Part shown: piece after piece, positions 29,404 through 38,120 of the stretch
How the letters are laid out: each line of letters opens with the position of its first letter
How positions within the stretch are numbered: position 1 is the stretch's first letter
Notes under the pieces: model-generated
Databases searched by the model: none
Told to the model about the DNA's origin: nothing
What the model saw: only the letters and a program-made list of their open reading frames with translations
Origin: Bacteroidales bacterium
GTDB lineage: Bacteria; Bacteroidota; Bacteroidia; Bacteroidales; VadinHA17
Direction: 5' to 3'
Length of the DNA stretch: 64,000 bases
NCBI GenBank assembly: GCA_049975425.1
Contig: JBNGDI010000006.1
Span: 47,263 to 111,262, forward strand
Position numbers and translations under genes: made by a program

Positions 29404-30375
29404 ATGCCGAAGCAAAGGTACAGGTATAATCCTGAATTGCTCACCTATGAAAAGGTATCTCCTTCGGTGAGGCAAAAATTTTTCCGGTTTATTACCTACT
29501 TCATTGGCAGCATCCTGATAGCTATAGTGTACGGCCTGCTTTTCACCACTTTTTTTGATTCACCAGAGGAACGACTCCTGAAGAAGGAGAATGAACAGCT
29601 GGTGTTGCAGTACGAGATCATGAATGAAAAGCTTATCCAGATGGAAAAGGTCCTGGCCGATATTCAACAGCGGGATGATAATATTTACCGGACGATCTTC
29701 GGGGCCGATCCCATTCCGACTTCCATCAGGGAAGCCGGATTTGGCGGGACGAACCGGTATGCCAGTCTGGAAGGGTATCAGAATTCCGAGATTGTTATTG
29801 AAACTGCCGCCCGGCTTGATAAAATCACCAAAAAGCTATACGTACAATCGAAATCCTATGATGAGGTGATTGACCTGGCGCGGAACAAAGAATTAATGCT
29901 ATCCCATGTCCCGGCCATTCAACCTGTTTCGAACAAAGACCTGACACGTACCGCTTCGGGCTGGGGATACCGGATACATCCCATTTACAAGATCAAAAAA
30001 TTCCATTACGGTATCGATTTCACCGCCCCCACAGGTACCGAAATCTATGCCACAGGCGACGGCGTGGTGAAGGAAGTTATCTCTTCCCGGCGGGGGTATG
30101 GAAACCATGTTGTCATTGACCATGGTTTCGGGTTTGCTACCCTGTATGCCCACATGAGCAGGTTCAATGTGAAAAAGGGACAGGAAGTGAAACGGGGCGA
30201 CGTGATCGGTTTTGTGGGTAGCACCGGAACCAGTACCGCTCCCCATCTGCATTATGAAGTGCACCAGAACGGAAAGAAAGTGAATCCCATCAATTATTTC
30301 TTCAACGACCTGTCTCCTGATGAATATGACAGAATGATCGAAATATCCATGAATTCAGGACAAACGTTTGATTGA
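29404..30375 (+). CDS. M23 family metallopeptidase (peptidoglycan DD-endopeptidase-like)
   Basis: N-terminal TM segment and coiled coil, then HYGIDFTAPTGTEIYATGDG, NHVVIDHGFGFATLYAHM and GSTGTSTAPHLHYEV. Confidence 0.9.
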   Translation: MPKQRYRYNPELLTYEKVSPSVRQKFFRFITYFIGSILIAIVYGLLFTTFFDSPEERLLKKENEQLVLQYEIMNEKLIQMEKVLADIQQRDDNIYRTIFGADPIPTSIREAGFGGTNRYASLEGYQNSEIVIETAARLDKITKKLYVQSKSYDEVIDLARNKELMLSHVPAIQPVSNKDLTRTASGWGYRIHPIYKIKKFHYGIDFTAPTGTEIYATGDGVVKEVISSRRGYGNHVVIDHGFGFATLYAHMSRFNVKKGQEVKRGDVIGFVGSTGTSTAPHLHYEVHQNGKKVNPINYFFNDLSPDEYDRMIEISMNSGQTFD

Positions 30376-30445
30376 TCTGAATACCATGGAACAAAGATAT
30401 ACGGCAGGAAGAGAATCCGTCTTTTCCTGCCTTTTTTCTTGCACG

Positions 30446-31648
30446 ATGAAACTATTTCGCTCCGATTGGCTGTTTTGCCTGCTCCTGTGGCCTGCCGGCC
30501 TGTCAGCAGGTGTGCCCGATACGCTCCGCATCGGAGTGGCCGATACCCTGCGCCTGTACTCAGCCGACACCATTACCCTTATCGGGATGGATGATACCCT
30601 CCATGTGGCGCCAGGCGATACCCTGGTAATCACCGGGCCGGGGGATAAAACGGTGTCCCCGCTTCCCGACACACTAATCATCGCCGGGGTGGGAGACATC
30701 ATGCTGGGAACCGATTATCCCTCTGAACGGTATCTTCCTCCCGGAAAAGATTGTTTTCCACTGATGCAGGAAGTAAAATCATGGCTTGGAGAAGCCGATG
30801 TGGCCGTGGGAAATCTGGAAGGGACTTTTGCCGGCGAATGCGGTAAACCGAAATACTGCCGCGATACCCTGAATTGCTATGTGTTCAGAATGCCCGAAGA
30901 ATTTGTACACTGTCTGGTGGATGCAGGATTTGACCTCATCAGTGTGGCCAATAATCATTCCAATGATTTTGGCCTTGCCGGAAGGGAAAATACGGGAAAC
31001 GTGTTAACGGAAGCCGGCCTTGCCTGGGCAGGTTTCGATCATGTTCCCTGTACCCTCTGGGAAAAGGACAGCGTAAGGTACGGGTTCTGTGCCTTTTCAA
31101 CTTCTGGTGGCACTCCTCTCATTCAGGATCTGGAAACGGCTGCCCGCCTGGTGTCACGTATGGACAGTCTGAGCGATATAGTGATCGTATCTTTTCACGG
31201 AGGAGCCGAAGGGAAAGATCATGAGCATGTTCCCCGTACCACAGAAGAATTTCTGGGTACAGACCGGGGCGATGTATATGCTTTCGCCCACGCGGTGGTG
31301 GACGCTGGAGCAGATGTGGTGTTCGGCCACGGCCCGCATGTGACCCGAAGCGTGGACCTGTACCGCGACCGTTTTATTATTTACAGTCTGGGGAATTTCT
31401 GTACCTGGGGACGGTTCAACCTCAGCGGACCCAACGGGATTGCCCCCATTGTCAGGGTGAAAGTCAACCGCCGGGGAGAATTTCTGGAAGCTCAGGTGAT
31501 ACCCGTATTCCAGCCGGGTTGGGGGGGCACATTTCCCGATCCGGAAAAAAGAGTGATCAGGAAACTGCAGGAGCTGCTCGAGCATGATTTTCCTGAAGTT
31601 CCCCTGATGATCAATGAGGAAGGGATGATCCGCAAAACGGGAGGGTGA
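30446..31648 (+). CDS. CapA family (PGA_cap metallophosphatase-like) exported protein
   Basis: Start set at MKLFRSDWLFCLLLWPAG (ATG 30446). Contains GDIMLG, GNLEG, SVANNHSNDFG, SFHGGAEG, GHGPHV and YSLGNF. Confidence 0.8.
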   Translation: MKLFRSDWLFCLLLWPAGLSAGVPDTLRIGVADTLRLYSADTITLIGMDDTLHVAPGDTLVITGPGDKTVSPLPDTLIIAGVGDIMLGTDYPSERYLPPGKDCFPLMQEVKSWLGEADVAVGNLEGTFAGECGKPKYCRDTLNCYVFRMPEEFVHCLVDAGFDLISVANNHSNDFGLAGRENTGNVLTEAGLAWAGFDHVPCTLWEKDSVRYGFCAFSTSGGTPLIQDLETAARLVSRMDSLSDIVIVSFHGGAEGKDHEHVPRTTEEFLGTDRGDVYAFAHAVVDAGADVVFGHGPHVTRSVDLYRDRFIIYSLGNFCTWGRFNLSGPNGIAPIVRVKVNRRGEFLEAQVIPVFQPGWGGTFPDPEKRVIRKLQELLEHDFPEVPLMINEEGMIRKTGG

Positions 31649-31730
31649 CCGGATTTTTTCTTTTGGTTTTTTCTGCGTTGAATTGTCAGAGAATTTTTGT
31701 TACATTTATATCCCTTTTCTGAACAGCGGT

Positions 31731-32066
31731 ATGCCCTATAAGGAACCCAAGGTTGAAAAAGTATTTTACACCATCGGAGAGGTGGCCGAAATGTTTCATG
31801 TAAACACCTCGCTTGTCAGGTACTGGGAGAAGGAATTCGATATTATCAAACCCAAAAAGAATAAAAAGGGAAACCGACTGTTCACTCCCCAGGATGTGGA
31901 GAATTTTCATCTTATTTACCACCTGGTAAAGGAGAAAGGGATGACCCTGAAAGGTGCCAGAAAGAAACTGCGTGAGAACCGTGAGGATACTGTAAACAAT
32001 TTTCAGGTGATCGAAAGCCTCCAGAATATCCGGAAAATGCTGATCGATATCCGCGATTCCCTCTGA
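31731..32066 (+). CDS. MerR family transcriptional regulator
   Basis: HTH YTIGEVAEMFHVNTSLVRYWEKEF, followed by a short coiled-coil tail. Start set at ATG 31731. Confidence 0.8.
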   Translation: MPYKEPKVEKVFYTIGEVAEMFHVNTSLVRYWEKEFDIIKPKKNKKGNRLFTPQDVENFHLIYHLVKEKGMTLKGARKKLRENREDTVNNFQVIESLQNIRKMLIDIRDSL

Positions 32067-32106
32067 GTGACTGCTGATAACATGCAATAAAACAACATCA
32101 ATATCC

Positions 32107-33201
32107 ATGAAGGTAATTGAGCTGGTGGAATTCCTGGATGCATTCGCCCCTCCGGGTTTACAGGAATCCTATGATAACGCCGGACTGCTTCTGGGCGATC
32201 CCGAAGCAACCCTGTCGGGGGCCCTGATATCGGTGGATGTGACCGAAGAGGTGATCATGGAAGCGGTAAAGAAAAAAATGAACCTGGTAGTGGCACATCA
32301 CCCCCTGATCTTTCAACCGCTGAAGAAGATCACGGGATCCGGCCCGGTGGAAAGGACCGTGATGATGGCCCTTCGGGAAGGTGTGGCAGTATATGCCGCC
32401 CATACCAATCTCGACGCGGTGCAGGAAGGCGTGAACGGCCGTATTTGCCGGAAAATCGGGCTGCAAAATTGTTCGGTTTTAAAACCTGAACGAGGCAGAC
32501 TGAAAAAACTGGTGTGCTTTATTCCGTCCGACCATCTGGAGTCAGTGAGCCGGGCGGTATTTGATGCCGGCGCCGGCCATATAGGAAATTACGACCGGTG
32601 CGGATACCGCACAAAAGGAGAGGGGACCTTCCGGGCTCTTGATGGAGCTGACCCTTACGTAGGTATAACAGGAGAGGTACACACTGAACCCGAGGTCAGA
32701 TGGGAAACCGTTTTCCCTTTTTTCCTTCAGAACCGGGTGGTGAAGGCCATGATCGACGCCCATCCCTATGAAGAAGTGGCATACGATATCTATCCCCTGG
32801 AAAACGAATGGCCGGGAGCAGGGCAGGGAATGACCGGTTCACTGGAAAAGGAAATGACGGAAAAAGATTTTCTGAAGTTCCTGAAGGATGTTTTCCATAT
32901 CCCCTGTATCCGGCATTCCCCGCTCAGGGGGAAAAAGGTGAAAAAAGTGGCCGTATGCGGCGGCAGCGGAAGCCACCTCACAGAACATGCCCTTGGTACC
33001 GGTGCCGACGCCTTTCTGACGGCAGATATAAGCTATCACCGGTTTTTTGATGCCGACGGGAAAATTCTTCTGGCCGATATCGGCCATTATGAAAGCGAAC
33101 AGTTCACAAAAGAGATATTTTATGAATTAATAAGTAAAAAATTCCCTAATTTTGCAGTTCAATTTTCTGAAACCAATACGAATCCGGTAAATTATCTCTA
33201 A
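32107..33201 (+). CDS. Nif3-like dinuclear metal centre protein (YbgI/YqfO family)
   Basis: NAGLLLGD, VVAHHPLIF, YAAHTNLD, an inserted PII-like domain and the C-terminal LTADISYH...GHYESE. Confidence 0.85.
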   Translation: MKVIELVEFLDAFAPPGLQESYDNAGLLLGDPEATLSGALISVDVTEEVIMEAVKKKMNLVVAHHPLIFQPLKKITGSGPVERTVMMALREGVAVYAAHTNLDAVQEGVNGRICRKIGLQNCSVLKPERGRLKKLVCFIPSDHLESVSRAVFDAGAGHIGNYDRCGYRTKGEGTFRALDGADPYVGITGEVHTEPEVRWETVFPFFLQNRVVKAMIDAHPYEEVAYDIYPLENEWPGAGQGMTGSLEKEMTEKDFLKFLKDVFHIPCIRHSPLRGKKVKKVAVCGGSGSHLTEHALGTGADAFLTADISYHRFFDADGKILLADIGHYESEQFTKEIFYELISKKFPNFAVQFSETNTNPVNYL

Positions 33202-33204
33202 ACC

Positions 33205-33987
33205 ATGGCGAAAGAGAAAAATCCAACCTCCACAAAGGAAATGACAGTTGAAGAAAAACTGAAAGCCATTTATGAATTGCAGCAGATAGATTCGGCCATC
33301 GACCGAATAAAAACCCTCCGCGGGGAGCTTCCCCTGGAAGTACAGGACCTGGAAGATGAGATTGCTGGCCTGGAAACCAGGATCAGAAATTACGAAGATG
33401 AAATCAAACAACTGGAAGCTGCCATTGCAGGGAAAAAGAATGAGATCGAAGAGGCCAGGACCCTGATCAAAAAATACGAAGAACAGCAGATGAACGTGAG
33501 GAATAACCGCGAGTTCGATTCCATTTCCAAAGAGATTGAATACCAGACCCTTGAAATTGAGTTGTGTGAAAAACGGATCAGGGAATTCACCGTCCAGGTA
33601 AAAGAAAAAACTGAAATCATCGAAGAATCAACGCAGATTCTTAATGAGCGGAAAGTCGACCTGGAGAATAAAAAGAAAGACCTGGACGATATTACCAACG
33701 ATACCAGAAAGGAAGAAGAAGAGCTGATCAGGCGTTCGGAAGAGTACCAGAAGATCATCGAACCCCGTTTGCTTTCCGCCTATAAGCGTATCAGGGCAAA
33801 TGCCCGGAACGGCCTGGCTGTGGTAACCATCGAAAGGGATGCCTGCGGGGGATGTTTCAACAAGATCCCGCCCCAGCGCCAGCTGGATATCCAGTCGGGA
33901 AAGAAGATCATCGTATGTGAATACTGCGGACGAATTCTTGTGGATATCAAAAAACCGGAACCTGCCGAAAAGACCGGGAAGAAATAA
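33205..33987 (+). CDS. coiled-coil protein with C-terminal C4 zinc ribbon (COG1579-type, usual partner of Nif3)
   Basis: Long heptad-rich region followed by CGGCFNKIPPQ...VCEYCGRIL. Lies 3 nt downstream of the Nif3 gene. Confidence 0.8.
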   Translation: MAKEKNPTSTKEMTVEEKLKAIYELQQIDSAIDRIKTLRGELPLEVQDLEDEIAGLETRIRNYEDEIKQLEAAIAGKKNEIEEARTLIKKYEEQQMNVRNNREFDSISKEIEYQTLEIELCEKRIREFTVQVKEKTEIIEESTQILNERKVDLENKKKDLDDITNDTRKEEEELIRRSEEYQKIIEPRLLSAYKRIRANARNGLAVVTIERDACGGCFNKIPPQRQLDIQSGKKIIVCEYCGRILVDIKKPEPAEKTGKK

Positions 33988-34081
33988 TAACCCTTTCCTG
34001 CCTGCACTTTTTTTTAACTGGAAGAATCCTTGCCCTTCCGGTAGAAAACGCAGGCTGCCGTTGTCTGCCGGCTCACCATTT

Positions 34082-35563
34082 ATGAGGCTCCCTGCCGGGA
34101 CGCTGTCGCATGCGGTTCTTTCGGTAATGCTCATTTTCAACTGCACAATGCTGCCATGGAAGGCCTCCTGTCAGATCAGCTTTTTTTCTGAAGAGGAAAT
34201 GCTCCGCGCAGTGCTTCATCCGGGCAGGGAAAGGAGGGTGTTTGATCGTTCTCTTCATGATCCCTCACTTTCTCCGGTTTATTACACACATTATTCTCTG
34301 GCCGTGCAAACGGTGCTATTTCAGGACCCTGTGGATTATGATTTTTTTCTGAAAGGAGAGGGAGAAAGGCTGGAACTCTTTGTGCGTAGTGCTACCCGTA
34401 CAACCGGTCCTTCTCTCCAGCTCAGTGCCATGTACCTGCAGTCGGCTATGGTGTATCTTTGTTTCGGGGAAGAAATAAAGGCTGGCCGGCGTATTTTACA
34501 GGCTTTCAGAACCTTCACGGATATTCCCGCTGCGCCTGCTGATCCGCAGTATCTGAAGATAAAAGGGCTTTTCATTTTTATTGCCGGCAATTTTCCCCGT
34601 CCGCTGCTATCTTTTCTTCCCGGCATGTCTTTTTCCCCGGAAGGGTACTCCCCCCATCTGGAAAAAGCTGCGTCCATGTATCCTGAAAACAGTATCTTCC
34701 GCCGGGAGATACAGATGCTCCATGCCCTTTGCCTCCTGGCGGATGACCAGCCGTTGATGGCCGGTTCCCTGCTGGGTTCTGCCCGTGGTACAGAAGGCTT
34801 ACCTGCCCTGATCAGGCTGGTTTCTTTGAAAAAAGCCGGAAAAAATGAAGAGGTGATCAGGGAAAGCGGTTACTGGACCGTCCGGTCGGATATTCCCTGG
34901 TTTGAATATCTGCTGGGAGAAGCCTGGCTCAGAAAAGGCGGTGAAGAAGCGGACGCCTGCCTGGACAGGTTTCTGGAGAGGTACCGGGGAGGTCACTACA
35001 GGAAGTCGGCCCTGCTGAAACGGGCATGGGCTGCTTTGCTGCATGGAAGGGACGATGAGTACATGCATTTCATCGACCGGGTGAAAACCGAAGGATATCA
35101 GGTGACGGAAGCTGACCGGCATGCTATGGCAGAGGCAGGTTATTCCACGGGTGTTCATCGCGGGTTGCTTCAGGCCAGGCTGTTGTTTGACGGGGGTTAT
35201 TATTACGAGGCTCTCCAGGTGATGCAACAGGTCAGACCGGAAGAGATGTTCCAATCGGGACGTCTTGCCCTGGAATATACCTACCGTATGGGCCGTATTC
35301 TTCAGAAACTGGGAAGGGATGAAGCCGCATTGAAAAGTTTTGACCAGACCATCGGGATGGGGATGGAAGCTCCCTGGTATTATCCGGCCTATGCTGCCTG
35401 GCAGGCCGGACATATCTGCGAAAAAAACGGATACACCCGGAGGGCCGGAGAATATTACCGCCTGTGCTTACAGATGAAAACCATGGAATACCGTTCGTTC
35501 ATCCGCAGAAAGGCCCGCCGGTCGCTTCGGTCTCTGGCAGGGCAGGAGACCGGAAACAGCTGA
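34082..35563 (+). CDS. hypothetical TPR-like helical repeat protein
   Basis: The start was trimmed to ATG 34082 because the longer ORF overlaps the zinc-ribbon gene. The C-terminal half has TPR-like helices (YYEALQVMQQV, YTYRMGRILQKLGRDEAALKSFDQTI, YTRRAGEYYRLCL). No family was recognised. Confidence 0.45.
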   Translation: MRLPAGTLSHAVLSVMLIFNCTMLPWKASCQISFFSEEEMLRAVLHPGRERRVFDRSLHDPSLSPVYYTHYSLAVQTVLFQDPVDYDFFLKGEGERLELFVRSATRTTGPSLQLSAMYLQSAMVYLCFGEEIKAGRRILQAFRTFTDIPAAPADPQYLKIKGLFIFIAGNFPRPLLSFLPGMSFSPEGYSPHLEKAASMYPENSIFRREIQMLHALCLLADDQPLMAGSLLGSARGTEGLPALIRLVSLKKAGKNEEVIRESGYWTVRSDIPWFEYLLGEAWLRKGGEEADACLDRFLERYRGGHYRKSALLKRAWAALLHGRDDEYMHFIDRVKTEGYQVTEADRHAMAEAGYSTGVHRGLLQARLLFDGGYYYEALQVMQQVRPEEMFQSGRLALEYTYRMGRILQKLGRDEAALKSFDQTIGMGMEAPWYYPAYAAWQAGHICEKNGYTRRAGEYYRLCLQMKTMEYRSFIRRKARRSLRSLAGQETGNS

Positions 35564-36355
35564 TTACCAGCTTCCCCCGGCGCCACCTCCGCCGAAGCTT
35601 CCTCCACCGAAACCACCAAAACCGCCACCTCCGCCGAATCCGCCCGAACCCGAGCTGAAGTTGCCGAAATGTCCACTGTGCGATCGTCCGGAGCTTCCCA
35701 GAAGGAAAAGGGCGGCCCAGAAGGGCAGGTCGCTTCCAATGGTATGGTAGCGGCTTTTTCGGCTCCTCAGGATGAATACGATAAAAAAGATGAGGAACAC
35801 GAGAAGGCCCCAGCCGGCGCCGCTGCCTTCCGTCTGTTCCATGTATTCTCCGGCGGTAAATTTCCCTTCGGTAAGGGAAATCAGAATGTCCACCCCCCGT
35901 TTGATGCCTTCAAAATATTGGTTCTGCTCAAAAAGAGGGATCATTTCGGTTTCCACGATCCGTTTGGCCACGGCATCGGGCACGTATTCCTCAACCCCGT
36001 AGCCGGTGGCAATGAACACTCTCCCCCGGCTGCCTGCTGATTTTGGCCGGACCAACACCACAAACCCGTTGTCGAATCCTTCCTGTCCCACTCCCCATGC
36101 TTCTCCCAGCCGGAAGGCATAGTCGGAAATGTCATACCCTCCGAGGTCGGGAATGGTCACAACGGCAATCTGGGTTGAGCTGGCACGGTCGAACTGTACC
36201 AGCATGGATTCCAGCCGGGCGGCTTCCGGTTCTTTCAGAATCCCGGCCATGTCGTTGACCAGCCTGGGTGGCTGGGGTCGCGGAGGGATGTCCTGTGATA
36301 GGCCGGGGGTCAGTAACGCGATGAGCATCAATCCGGCCAGAACCCATCTTTGCAT
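35564..36355 (-). CDS. TPM domain-containing membrane protein (YgcG-like) with Gly-rich tail
   Basis: Signal peptide MQRWVLAGLMLIALL. TPM-type core (VNDMAGIL...STQIAVVTIPDL), one TM segment and a C-terminal GSGGFGGGGGFGGFGGGSFGGGGAGG tail. Start set at 36355 (cat at 36353-36355), 4 nt after the upstream stop. Confidence 0.75.
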   Translation of the reverse strand: MQRWVLAGLMLIALLTPGLSQDIPPRPQPPRLVNDMAGILKEPEAARLESMLVQFDRASSTQIAVVTIPDLGGYDISDYAFRLGEAWGVGQEGFDNGFVVLVRPKSAGSRGRVFIATGYGVEEYVPDAVAKRIVETEMIPLFEQNQYFEGIKRGVDILISLTEGKFTAGEYMEQTEGSGAGWGLLVFLIFFIVFILRSRKSRYHTIGSDLPFWAALFLLGSSGRSHSGHFGNFSSGSGGFGGGGGFGGFGGGSFGGGGAGGSW

Positions 36356-36359
36356 TTTC

Positions 36360-36809
36360 TTAAATTTTTCCACTTGATATTTCATTCGATAATTCATTGA
36401 TGTCGCCTTCCTTGTATGGAAAATATTCTTTCAGGGCTTCTCCTGCCATTCTGATCCCTTCTTCCAGTCCCTCGGCAAACCTTCCTTCAGCAAAATATTC
36501 CCGCATATGGTCCCTGGCCCGGTCCCAGAAATCATCGGGGGTTACGGCATTGATACCGGCATCGCCCAATATGGCAAATTTTTTGTCTTCCACAGCCAGG
36601 TAGAACAGAACCCCGTTCCGGAGCTCGGTTTTATGCATGCCCAGTTTTTCGAAAACATAGGCTGCCCTGTCCAGTACATTTTCGTCGGGGCAGTGCTTTT
36701 CCAGGTGTACCCTGATCTCGCCCGAACTGGTGGTTTCCGCTTCCCTGATAGCCGCCAGAATCTTTTCCTGTTCCTGTTTTGTAATAAAATCGGATGGTTT
36801 CATAGGCAA
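36360..36809 (-). CDS. TPM domain-containing protein (TLP18.3/Psb32/MOLO-1-type phosphatase fold)
   Basis: 149 aa with SGEIRVHLE and GVLFYLAVEDKKFAILGDAGI. Sits between the LemA gene and the YgcG-like gene. Confidence 0.7.
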   Translation of the reverse strand: MPMKPSDFITKQEQEKILAAIREAETTSSGEIRVHLEKHCPDENVLDRAAYVFEKLGMHKTELRNGVLFYLAVEDKKFAILGDAGINAVTPDDFWDRARDHMREYFAEGRFAEGLEEGIRMAGEALKEYFPYKEGDINELSNEISSGKI

Positions 36810-36811
36810 TG

Positions 36812-37405
36812 TTAAAATTCAACGGTTGGAACTTCCTCTGCACCCGGAGCTGCTTCGAAATAGGCTTTTTTCTCAAATCCGAAAACAGCCGCTGTGATCA
36901 GCTGCGGAAAACGCCTGATGTAGGAGTTGTACTGCCGGGTTACTTCATTGAACCTTCGGCGCTCCACCGCAATCCGGTTCTCCGTTCCTTCCAGCTGCGC
37001 CTGCAACTCCAGGAAATTCTGGTTGGCTTTCAGCTCGGGATAACGTTCAACCGTTACCAGCAGCCGGGAAAGAGCCGAGGACAAACCCTCCTGGGCCTGT
37101 TCGAACTGCTGCAGGGCCTCGGGATTCAGATTGTCGGGCTGAATGTTCACCGATGTGGCCTGCGCCCTGGCTTCAATCACCCGGGTAAGGGTTTCCTGCT
37201 CAAAATCGGCATATCCTTTCACGGTGTTCACCAGGTTAGGGATCAGATCGGCCCGGCGCTGATAGGCATTTTCCACCTGGGCCCACTGACTGGCTACCTG
37301 CTCGTCCATGGTAACCATGCTGTTGTATCCGCATCCCGTAAACAACGGGGCCAGCATAATGACCGAAAGAATGGTCAGTAATGAACGTTTTTGCGTCTTT
37401 TTCAT
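36812..37405 (-). CDS. lemA: LemA family protein
   Basis: N-terminal lipoprotein/TM segment, then QWAQVENAYQRRADLIPNLVNTVKGYADFE, ERYPELKANQNF and ENRIAVERRRFNEVTRQYNSYIRRFP. Confidence 0.88.
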   Translation of the reverse strand: MKKTQKRSLLTILSVIMLAPLFTGCGYNSMVTMDEQVASQWAQVENAYQRRADLIPNLVNTVKGYADFEQETLTRVIEARAQATSVNIQPDNLNPEALQQFEQAQEGLSSALSRLLVTVERYPELKANQNFLELQAQLEGTENRIAVERRRFNEVTRQYNSYIRRFPQLITAAVFGFEKKAYFEAAPGAEEVPTVEF

Positions 37406-37478
37406 CGATTTATTGTTAAATAATAAATTAATAATACTAAAAATAATATGAAATAAAATAAAATAATATTAAATATAT

Positions 37479-38027
37479 TTAATAATTATGTAAATATAAT
37501 TCAATATTAGATAAATAAATATTGTTTTCCTGAAAATCGGGCATACTGGGTATGGAAAAAAGGGATGAGTAGAAATTATTGGGAAATTCTTTCATAAAAT
37601 GGTTGCTTTCCCTCACCAGATCATTATAACGAAATACGGCCGCCTGGATTTCATGGCTGTATCGGATGTATTCTTTAAGAACCGGGGGGTTGGGTGGGTT
37701 GTGTTCATCCCTGGTCAGTTGCCAGGCCAGGGAATCACAATGTTCCAGAAATTGTGCCAGTGGTCCCGTAGCGGGAACTTCATGGATCAGTTCTTCTGGC
37801 ACGACAGGCAGGTTAGGTTCCTGTAGCTTTTCGAGCAAACGATGTTTTGCGGCAGAAAGGTTGTGGATGGTGTCCCATTGCTCCCTGCACAACCGCTGCC
37901 GGTCCAGAATGGCATTCTTTCCGGTTTGTACTGATAAATAGGCCAGAAACAGTAGAAAAACCGTTCCCGCTAAGGTTAACAGCATGTTTTTCAGGTAAAC
38001 ACGGACGTATGAATTTCCCTTATTCAT
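37479..38027 (-). CDS. divergent LemA-like membrane protein
   Basis: N-terminal TM segment. REQWDTIHNLSAAKHRLLEKL and EIQAAVFRYNDLVRESNHFMKEFPNNFYSSLF align by eye to the QWAQVENAYQRRADLIP and ENRIAVERRRFNEVTRQYNSYIRRFPQLITAAVF blocks of the neighbouring LemA. Confidence 0.5.
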   Translation of the reverse strand: MNKGNSYVRVYLKNMLLTLAGTVFLLFLAYLSVQTGKNAILDRQRLCREQWDTIHNLSAAKHRLLEKLQEPNLPVVPEELIHEVPATGPLAQFLEHCDSLAWQLTRDEHNPPNPPVLKEYIRYSHEIQAAVFRYNDLVRESNHFMKEFPNNFYSSLFSIPSMPDFQENNIYLSNIELYLHNY

Positions 38028-38060
38028 GGGTTGTTTTAGAAAAACCTGCTGATAAAAATG

Positions 38061-38091
38061 CTTGTGATGTGCTCCGCATCATGTAACTTTG
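38061..38091 (+). promoter_or_regulatory. candidate Bacteroidetes-type promoter for hutU
   Basis: Exact -7 element TAACTTTG (38084-38091), 30 nt before the ATG. A partial -33 element cTTG at 38061-38064 lies 19 nt upstream. Confidence 0.35.
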
Positions 38092-38120
38092 ATGCAAAGA
38101 ACTGTTCAAAAACCATTCCA

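Noticed and set aside
33839-34081. Upstream part of the 574-aa ORF overlapping the zinc-ribbon gene
   Set aside because: It overlaps the well-supported COG1579-type gene in another frame. Its Arg/Ser/Pro-rich translation looks non-coding, so the start was trimmed to ATG 34082.
35567-35655. Short-period GGN/CCN repetitive DNA that could be mistaken for a tandem repeat or CRISPR-like array
   Set aside because: It encodes the poly-Gly/Phe tail (GSGGFGGGGGFGGFGGG...) of the YgcG-like TPM protein. This is coding low complexity, and there is no spacer-repeat structure.
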